Shown in pieces: positions 54,765-64,000 of a DNA stretch of 64,000 bases (its first letter is position 1; each line of letters opens with the position of its first letter). This DNA is from Eledone cirrhosa (Eukaryota). The stretch lies in the NCBI GenBank assembly GCA_964016885.1, contig OZ024742.1, positions 261,206,001-261,270,000 on the forward strand. Reading direction: 5' to 3'. The notes below the pieces were generated by a model. It did not search any database, had not been told where the DNA came from, and saw only the letters and a list, made by a program, of their open reading frames with translations. Both the position numbers and the translations under genes were made by a program.

Positions 54765-54950
54765 CGGTGGATTGGTAGTATCGGTAGAGGGTCGGACGCC
54801 ATGCTTTCCAGCATAGTTACGTCCCTTTACGATCTGAGTTCAAATCCCGCCGAGGTTGACTTTGCCTTTCATCCTTACGGGGTCGATAAAATAAAAGTAC
54901 CAGTAATGCATTGGGTAATTTCTGGCCTTGTGCCTAAAGTAGAAACAATT
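54765..54950 (+). mobile_element. SINE family A
   Basis: 17-bp TSD ATTATAATAAATGTTCG at 54748 and 54948. Confidence 0.9.
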
Positions 54951-55760
54951 ATAATAAATGTTCGGTGAATCCATACGTACATATATATATGTGTGCATGT
55001 ATGTATATATATATATATATACATACTACTGTACGTCTGTATACATATATGTATGTACGTATACATACTTATATTTAACAATAAATGATTTAATAGTTAT
55101 AACTGTAAATATCTCATGAATTATATTATAGAAACTGTTGTCAATATTATAAGTAATTTTGGTAAAGATTACCTTTTGTGGGGATATCGAACATTATATG
55201 TATATTTTCTTTCTTTCGCGGGTCTCGTAAATCCTTTAAATTTGTCTTCATAAAATTTGAATTTTAGAAATTTAACATAATTATATTATAATATTAATAC
55301 AAATACTCATCAATTTTAAAACCTAAAATTTGATTCTTTAACCTGAAATAACATAAATTTAATATTTTGAAAATTAACAGCCAACTTTATATGAATATGT
55401 GTATGTAGAAACTTGAGCATAAATTACTCCCACTTGTCTCTCTCTCTCTTTATTTCATCTTTCATTTGTCTTCTCAAGCTAAATACTAAATAAGTTATAA
55501 CATCAGCTACGTCTTCCTCTATGCTTTCCTCTCCCGCATATTTCTCTAGTAGTTTTTTTTTAATATTAAAAATTCTATAACTGTGACATTGATGCCATGT
55601 ATTTCTTAAAATATATTACTCACACTCTCTCTATTGATTGTATTACGTTTTCTCATGTTCTCAATATTAGGGTATAAATATTGAGTTTTCTCATAATTTA
55701 ATCACTACCTTGATTAAATCTTAACCATCTACCATGTCAGGGTATGTCATGTATCATTTT

Positions 55761-55825
55761 ATTTTATCTGATGAGGACGTACTGTTGAACTTAATTCAGT
55801 ACCTCTGAAATATGTATAATAAAAT
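55761..55825 (+). ncRNA. Type I hammerhead motif (relative of the 43.9 kb family)
   Basis: ATTTTAT-CTGATGA-gga.GTACTG..CAGTAC.tct-GAA-ATATGTAT-A-ATAAAAT. Confidence 0.78.
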
Positions 55826-55869
55826 ATAATTGATCACAAGAATATCTATTTTGTTAATATTTGGAATTA

Positions 55870-55904
<35 letters not shown>

Positions 55905-55986
55905 TATATATACACATATATATATACACACACACAGTGGATATGGCGCATGTCTCTCAGACATGACAACCCTTAATTTTAATTTT

Positions 55987-56045
<59 letters not shown>

Positions 56046-56314
56046 GTGTGTGTGTGTGTGTATATGTATGTATACACATACACACATACACACATAAATA
56101 CCTATATCGTCACATGCCCAACAAAAGAAAAAATGGTCTGTAATACTTTTCACAATTACGTACATGGTATCTAATTAGTAATTTCGTGTTTTCTCGTCAC
56201 CAATATCGTAATATGGAAATGATGTAAGAGTATAAAGATAATTAAACATGCTATTCAAATGATAGTGGATGTATGATAGCCGCGGATTCCATGTCATATT
56301 TCTCATCAACTTAC

Positions 56315-56380
56315 CTGGAATAGAATGACGTCACCGGAAACACGGTCTTAAGATTGGATGCATTCAATAATGAGTATTTG
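56315..56380 (-). other. Candidate 66-nt internal exon
   Basis: ttttaattttattttctcAG ... CAG/GTaagt. One frame is open (KYSLLNASNLKTVFPVTSFYS). Confidence 0.35.
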
Positions 56381-56619
56381 CTGAGAAAATAAAATTAAAA
56401 ATTGTGCACACACATAGAGACATACATGCACACACGCATACACACACACGTACACACGCACACACGCACACACACACATATATATGATTAATTGATATCA
56501 GTATACGCACAAAGGTGTGTGTGAGTTAGCATATATTCATTTATATGTATATATATGTATATATATGTATATATATATATACACACACATTCATATGTAT
56601 ATATATATGTATATATGCA

Positions 56620-56715
<96 letters not shown>

Positions 56716-57397
56716 CTTATAATAATATCTATACTACTTTCCATGGACACAATTATGTACATGAGTATATTTTGAGTAGGTTTCTTTTTACAACCTGCTA
56801 ACGAAAGTGACATATATATGTCAATATTTATTTTGATATGCATATCTCAATTGATTTATACGCACACACACACACATACACACACACACACGTATATATA
56901 TATATATATACACATATGTGTGTGCGTCAATGTGTGTGATTCTGTGTGTGTATGTGTGTTTGTCTGTGTAATGATAGCTAATTTGCGAATACGTAACTAT
57001 ATTTTAGCGAGCCTTTTGATATATTGGAAAATGAAAACGTGATTAATGTACTTGTGGACTTGTGAGCGCTCACCCGTATTCAATGAATTTAGTGACATAC
57101 ACTTGAAACAGCCAATTAATTATGAATAAAGTTGAGTTTAAAAACTGTCATAATTCACATAAACACACACACACACACACACACAAACAAAATTAACTCG
57201 AACATCGAGTTCTGAAACGCGTGAGTATTAGAATTCGTAAGAAAATTGAAAAACTCGGCGTAAGGAAACTGTTAAAACAGCAAAATGCTGTCGAAACGGC
57301 GTTGGGTAAAACATTACCACGAATAATAGAAATCTGCGGCTCGTAGTGAGTTCGCTCGAAGAATTGAAAGGAATGAAGAAATACAAATAAATCTACA

Positions 57398-58365
57398 ATG
57401 CACAACGAGTGCCTTCAGGCGCTCACAGCCATCAACCAAGCGGAAACGGCAATTAGCGCAGACTCCACTTCAACATTCTATAGGGGATTAGTGGAGGATA
57501 AGTGCGATGACGTTCTCGGGGAAACTCTAGGCATCGAGGAGGACGAACTGACCAGTCTGTTCGGGAGGACTTTCCGTCCAGGGCCTATGGATAACTTCCA
57601 GAGGTCTCTGGCCTGGCAGTGCTACCGAGGAGCTCTACCACTTCGAGACAAAATCTACAGGCACGAACGCCCTGGCAGAGATCCTGCCAAAAGGACCTGT
57701 CCAAGATGCGAGTAGGACGTCGAAACCGTTCTGCACGCTGTTCAGTGTCCAGGGGTGACCGACCTGTGGAATTATGTCGAACAGCTACTGTCACGTGTGG
57801 GACGCATCCAGTTGTCAGCCGAGTCCATCGTGAGGATCACCCCGCCGCCTTCATTTAAGAATGGAGAGGCGGTTTTCCTCTGTCTGGTGGCTATGGCGAA
57901 AGAGGTAATATGGTGGACAAAGTTAAAAGGACTGAGGGCAAACACCTTTCTCTCCGGACAACAACTCATCCCCTTCTTTAAATACCACTTCAGAAGGAAG
58001 GTGAGAGTGGAGAGAGAGGTGCTACACCCCAGTAAATTCGCTGAAAGGTGGGTGAATGTGGAGAAAATGGCCCGAGTGAATGGGCCTTCTCTGTATATAA
58101 ATCTGTAGGTTGAGGAAGATAAACAGAGGGAAGACAGGAACACCTACAAAACGTGTTCCTGGTGTTGAGGGTTGTTCTATCCACGGAGTGTAACACAACC
58201 CTGCAGTAACGTTCCCCCCTATTGGGGATTTCAATTGTTATTTTATTTTATATAGTTAATTGTTATTTATTAATGTTAAAGTTATATGATTTTCATGTAA
58301 AACCCCCGCCGTCACATCTTGTAATGTCCCATTTTTGTACGCCCCTGTGGCAAATAAAGAAAGAT
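57398..58365 (+). mobile_element. Tx1/L1-like LINE 3' end (same family as 33670-34745)
   Basis: FQRSLAWQCYRGALPLRDK..CPRC..ETVLHAVQCP. Ends AATAAAGAAAGA followed by (TATC)n. Confidence 0.78.
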
Positions 58366-58737
58366 ATCTATCTATCTGTCCTATTTAAAGAGATATATGT
58401 ATATTTACCAATTCATCCATCTTACGCCAAGAACAAAAATAATAAAGTAACAATACCAATAGCAGTTCCAAGATAGATAGATATCTCTGAAAATAGATTT
58501 TTCAAAGAATCCCCGGTCTTTAAAATCCCTTGGTTAACGACCTTTACCCAACCTTCCCCAACCACCAGAAAACATATAAATGCCGCCATATTACAATGTG
58601 AGTTGGTTTTTATGATGATTTCTTTCAAATGAAATAGTTCTAGTCCTGTAGAAGCTATTTCTATTTAAAATTTGTATATACTCTACTAATGTATTGAGTA
58701 CTTCAATTACTATGGTTACCCCTGATTGCAACCGAGA

Positions 58738-58806
<69 letters not shown>

Positions 58807-58871
58807 TAGAAGCTCAAGTGTCTTGAATCGAAACTCTGAGTTTCACATTTTCGATTGATGAAACGGTCTTA

Positions 58872-59060
58872 ATAATTGTTTCTATTTTAGGCACAAGGCC
58901 AGCAATTACCCAGTACATTACTGGTACTTTATTTTATCGACCCCGTAAGGATGAAAGGCAAAGTTAACCTCGGCGGGATTTGAACTCAGGTCATAAAGGG
59001 ACGTAACTCTATGCTTCAAAGCATGGTGTCCGACTCTCTACCGATACTGCCAATCCACCG
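58872..59060 (-). mobile_element. SINE family A
   Basis: Reverse copy. TSD CGGTCTTAATAAT at 58864 and 59059. Confidence 0.88.
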
Positions 59061-59404
59061 GTCTTAATAATGTCTCGGTAATAGTTTGAGCACAATAAAC
59101 CAAAAAGTTGTAACTCGATAGGCCTCAGCTTTTAACAAAGTATACTCAATTTACTTAATATATTGAGGAGGTGCCTCGGTTATAAGCAGACGTTGACAAA
59201 TCCACACACTCACACATACATGCGTACACACACATTTATATGTAAAGAGAGAGAGGGGGGGGGGGGAGAAGGCCGGGGAGATAAATATCAAGATACAGAT
59301 GGTATATCATAAATATCATATATATATATGTGTGTGTGTGTGTATATATATACGCCCCAGCATGCCCTCAGCCAGATGGCTGGAACAGGTTAAAAAAAAA
59401 GACT

Positions 59405-59710
59405 ATATATAAATTAATAAATTACATGAATACACCAAATTCCATGATTGAAGGATTAATATTTAATATGTAACTTACACATATTTTGTTAATATGTATA
59501 CATAAACACATTGTCCTACTTTGATAAGTTGATATGTGAACTCATGATACAGCATATTTGAAGTCGAATTTATCCTGAAATCTACGTCGGATTAGCGATT
59601 CTAGATATAATCATTTGCATATTAACGAAACACGTGTAGGTTACATGATAAATATTGAACCATCAATTATGGAATTTAGTGTATTCATGTAATTTATGAA
59701 TTTTTATATA
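59405..59710. repeat. Diverged inverted repeat, arms about 90 bp
   Basis: 59418-59497 mirrors 59619-59698 with scattered mismatches. Confidence 0.8.
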
Positions 59711-60152
59711 AATACTCTAGGAATTAGCACTCACAGTACCCACGTTTAATCACCACAGAAACAACTATAGAAAGCGATTCGTATGTCAAAAACCACTGTA
59801 TGTTGACACAGTCTTCGATTTCATGTTACACAAATTCATCAATTCAACTAACGGAAACCGATTTTTAAGAGGAATCTTTAAAAGATTATTTAAAAAAATA
59901 AAAATACAAACGAAGGACTCAGAACTCCAGGGTCATTGGCCGTTGAGGTGGACTTTGGCAGTTTCCACCCTTACCAACTGGTCAACCCGGGTCACAAACC
60001 AAACACTGTTTAGTGGAGTAAGAGACGGAGAAAACATTAATTTATAGCAAGAGAGAGAGAGAGAGAGAGAGAGATGTAAAATCCCGACCGCGGCACCAAT
60101 CAGTTTCGGCTTGTGTGTCGATAAATACACGTACATATATATATACATAATA

Positions 60153-60702
60153 CCGTATATACTTGTGTAAAAGTCGATCCACGTAAAAGTTGACTCAAGT
60201 TCTTTTGGAAAAACTGATCAACATTTGTAAATCAAGATATTAATTTGAACATAATAGCAAAATAAGCAAAATTAATTTTTCTGCTACCAGTCTTATTTAT
60301 GTGCTTTGCTAATATGGAGTGTGTTTTGATGCGTATAAATATTGGTATTATCACTGTAACTTATTGTTTTTGTTGTTTTTATTCATTTAGAATCCATTTG
60401 GGTTTCTGCCTTTTGATACGGTATTTTAGATTGTAGTGAAAAGTAATATCCATATAATAATTATTTCTACTTTTGGCACAAGGCCAGCAATTATTCCAGT
60501 GTATTACTAATACTTTATTTTATCGACCCCGTAAGGATGAAAGGCAAAGTTAACCTCGGCGGGATTTGAACTCAGACCATAAAAGGCCATTACTCTTTGC
60601 TGCAAAGCATGGCGTCAGACCCTCTACCGATACTGCCACTGCCCAAGAATTTAACTGCAAAACATAGTCTAAAAAATTCGACTTTAACATGAGTATATAC
60701 GG
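60153..60702. mobile_element. Tc1/mariner-superfamily (pogo/Tc2-like) MITE with nested SINE
   Basis: TIRs TA-CCGTATATACT..AAAAGTCG / CGACTTT..AGTATATACGG-TA. Confidence 0.7.
60457..60638 (-). mobile_element. SINE family A
   Basis: Reverse copy nested in the MITE. Partial copies also at about 17131-17208 and 36385-36521. Confidence 0.85.
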
Positions 60703-61194
60703 TAGAGAGCTTCATAGTTATTTAAACAACAATAGGGTAGTACAATGTCATATAATGAATTTATATACATTTGTGTAACTGGGCTGAAGGGAATCAAACC
60801 TGTCTGTTCATTTCTCTCTTTTATTTTATTTTGTTAGGTGTGGAGGAAGGGACCGTGCCCATGACCTCTGAAGGCCCTCCGAAACTGATAAGATTGATGT
60901 CGTTGATGCTTAGTTTAAATTGTTTTAGGGAGGCTTTGTGTCCGTCACCTTTGCAGGCCCTCCGTGACCGATGAGATTGAAGCTGTTGATGTTCAGTTTA
61001 AACTGTTGCAGGTTGACTCCCACAGGAAAGATGTGCAGGGAGAAATTCCAGAGGTAGGACTGGGCGCAGTGGTTAGTGCGGGGCCTGGAGAGTTGAACAC
61101 AATGTGGGTGATGAAAGGATAAGAGAGATGAGTGAAGTGGGAGTGCTTGACTGGAGGTGGCTCGAAGTTAACCAACTCCGAGGTGCAGTAGAAA

Positions 61195-61267
<73 letters not shown>

Positions 61268-61356
61268 TAGAGAAAGAGAGAGACAAAGAGGAAGAGAGAG
61301 AAAAAGTGAAAGAGTGAGGGAGAGAGAAAGAGAAAGTGAGAGAGAAAGTGAAAGAG

Positions 61357-61425
<69 letters not shown>

Positions 61426-61998
61426 GAGAGAGAGAGAGAGAGAATATGTCTGTTTGTTAGCAAAGACATCGGGGTAAATCTGAGTAAATCTGGGTAAATC
61501 TGGGTTAATCTGGGTTAGAAGTGAGGTTCCAACGGGTGGGCATGGAGATATATTCTGTTGAATTTAGATTGAGGACATTGTTATTTAGGGTGGGGCATTT
61601 ATTGCAGGTTCAAGTACACACGGGGTGGTGGTGAGGTAACGGTGATTGGAAGATGAGTGACTAGGGCATTGCGTGAGGTTTTCAGCGGGATTGACATCAT
61701 TTGACATGGTGGGGTTAAAACAACCAGAGACCGTTGCAGTACAGTTTCAAAAAACCCCAAAAGGTTAGGTCACATCTCCATGATGTGTGTGTATGTATGT
61801 ATGTATGTATGTATGTATGTATGTATGTATGTATGTATGTATGTATGTGTGTATGTATAAACACACACACTCACACACATGTATAGATAGTATGTATGTA
61901 TGCATGCATTCATGTATGTGTGTGTATGTATATGTGCATATATGTTTGTATGCATCTTGTCGATATATATGTAAGTATGTGCGTGTGTGTGTGTGTGG

Positions 61999-62150
61999 TC
62001 AGTTGATCTGTGGACTGCCAAACTCCAATGTCAGTATGACAATAACCCCTATTGTGGCACCCATACCCATAAGTGCCACATACTTCACAGCACGGCCCAG
62101 TCGTTTGGCCTGTTGGTATCGTTTCTTGGCAAACGCTGTATCCGATTGCA
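61999..62150 (-). CDS. Probable terminal exon of a CD225/dispanin-family membrane protein (PRRT/SynDIG/TRARG1-like)
   Basis: Minus-strand acceptor ttttctctttgtgttttgcAG. Encodes QSDTAFAKKRYQQAKRLGRAVKYVALMGMGATIGVIVILTLEFGSPQIN*, a basic amphipathic loop followed by one hydrophobic helix. Upstream exons were not seen in the window. Confidence 0.6.
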
Positions 62151-62689
62151 CTGCAAAACACAAAGAGAAAACACACATGTTACAAGCAGCTCAATTATAT
62201 TGTTTTATGATAATTTTATATTCATTTTATGTTTTATGTCATATCTTATTTTAATTATTGCGTGTTTTATAATAATTTTAAACTTATTCCATGTTTTATT
62301 AAAATTAATCTCTCTTGTATAACGCCCCTCCACTTCTCTCGTTGTAACATATCCTTGTCCAGCTACACATGTAATGCAATCCTATACTTATAATGTTTAC
62401 AGTATTTCTTGTGCAAGAGTTTATGACTAATAAAGAAATCAATATTATTATATATATTAGTTGATAACGTAGAAATTCTACGATTTAATTAGAAACAAGC
62501 ATAAAATATTAAAGATAAATTTGACATTTTAAACATTGTATTTTAAACATATATATTTATCAATAATATAATCACCTGGGATTTAAAACAAATTCTTCAG
62601 TGTTACCTTTACTTTGCCACCGCTCTCTCAAACGCACACACATACTCATAATCCCTTTTCCATAAAACTTGTTATAGCGTGGGATTAAT

Positions 62690-63500
62690 GAAAAATCTCG
62701 GCGTTGCCACTACCACCACTGCTTGTAACGGAAAAGAGCAATGGCGTTCTTGGGGTGGCTCTGAGCATTAACAAAAGTGAGGTTGCCGGTTTGTTTCAAT
62801 GATTTTTGAGACGGGATTTCTATGGATAATTTCCAGTAGTCTTTTTATAGGCAGTGCTACATGATACCCTCTACATGCACAGTAGAGCCATCAGACCGGC
62901 TTGTCCGAGATTCCCGCGAGGCGACGAAACCATTTTGCCCGCAGTCGTTCAATATCTAGGCATTACTCTCCTGTGAAGTAATATCAAACGACGCGTGTAC
63001 GACGTATCTGGTTATCAACCGTATCCATTGTAAAGATCGCTGCACCGCTCTTTTTTAATCGGAAATGGCTGGAAGTTTTTCTTTGTCTGGTGTCTATGGC
63101 AAAAGAAGTTATGTGGTGGGCAAGGATGTGAGAACTGAAGACCAACATTTTCCTCTTCGGTTAAGTTCTCATCGAATTTTCAAGTTATACTTAAAAGGTA
63201 AGAATGTAAGAGGAGGTGCTCTCCTTCAGTAAATTTTTCAAAAGATTGATGACTGTGGCGAAAATGGCAAGAGTGAATGGTTCCACTCTCAGTATGGGCC
63301 TGTACGTCGGAGAAAGACAAATAGATGAGTGACCGTGGTTTTGTGGAATTCCTTGAGGTTTCTGTCAGTATGACTGTTTATCATCATCATGTACACTAAG
63401 TATACCTCTTATTTTTCTTATCCGATATATGTAAACCCCACACGCTATATAACTTGTCTTTGTAATGTTCTATTCGGAATCCTTGCGGCCAATAGAAAAA
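62690..63500 (+). mobile_element. Older Tx1/L1-like LINE 3' end
   Basis: Degenerate homologue of 57398-58365. A related tail lies at about 10770-11140. Confidence 0.65.
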
Positions 63501-64000
63501 AAAAATATTAGTAGTATTTAAAGGGAGAAGACGTATTATTGTGAGCTCGTGTAAGTTTGTTGTTTTAACGTATTTAAATACTTTTGTTGTTAGTATTTTT
63601 CGTTACAAAGGGGGCATAAGAGTTTAGTCTTTGCCCTGAAGAGGGGAGTCCCCATAATATTTGGGCCTTTCGCCCAAATATTTGAACTTTAATTTGTGTT
63701 AGTACAAATATTTTTCTATTTAAAATATGGACAGAATACGCCCCTGGCGTTAAGCCAGCTGTTCAGTGACAGCGAATAAAACGTCGAGCAAAGTTACACT
63801 CCCCACCACCACCACTATTATGAAATCTAACACCAATTTAGGCAGTATTGCCAACAATAACAACTACAACAGCAGCACTAACAACAAAAACAAGACAAAT
63901 GAGAGCAGCAACGGGAATAATGACAACAACATCAACAATAACTGCAACACTAACAACAAGAACAGTGTCAAAACAAATGAGAACAACAATGACAACAATA

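Larger units (their letters stand above)
54119..55872 (+). mobile_element. Non-coding 1.75-kb element with about 43-bp inverted termini and a 3' hammerhead
   Basis: TATTAATTCCAAATATTAACAAAATAGATATTCTTGTGATCAA is mirrored at 55830-55872. Confidence 0.6.

Noticed and set aside
60830-61770. GC-richer segment, possibly a LINE ORF1 remnant
   Set aside because: No motif I can identify with confidence, and it is interrupted by a (GA)n tract.
63630-63668. GCC-CTGAAGA-GGGGagtCCCC-ATAATATTTGGGC hammerhead-like motif
   Set aside because: GAAA is absent (two changes needed). At best a decayed copy.

Overview
AT-rich, microsatellite- and transposon-dense animal genomic DNA. It looks cephalopod/Octopus-like, inferred from the repeat families only. 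Bases 1.4-19.7 kb hold 11 phase-compatible coding exons of NPLOC4/NPL4 (+ strand; the N-terminal exons lie upstream of the window), and its introns are packed with RTE-like LINE remnants, SINEs, TTAA MITEs, a hAT MITE and a mariner-like relic. The 20-64 kb region is mostly repeat debris (Penelope-like, Tx1/L1-like, CRE-like, CR1-like, Helitron, SINEs), plus a probable terminal exon of a CD225/dispanin-like gene on the minus strand at about 62 kb that the ORF track misses. The most striking signal is a cluster of non-coding elements inserted in (TA)n tracts between 31 and 60 kb. They form long foldback palindromes or inverted termini and carry type I hammerhead ribozyme motifs of several divergent sequence families whose stems still pair. 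In two palindromes the ribozyme occurs on both strands, pointing outward from the centre. These are best read as Penelope pLTR-derived or retrozyme-like elements. All calls are by eye; no searches were run.
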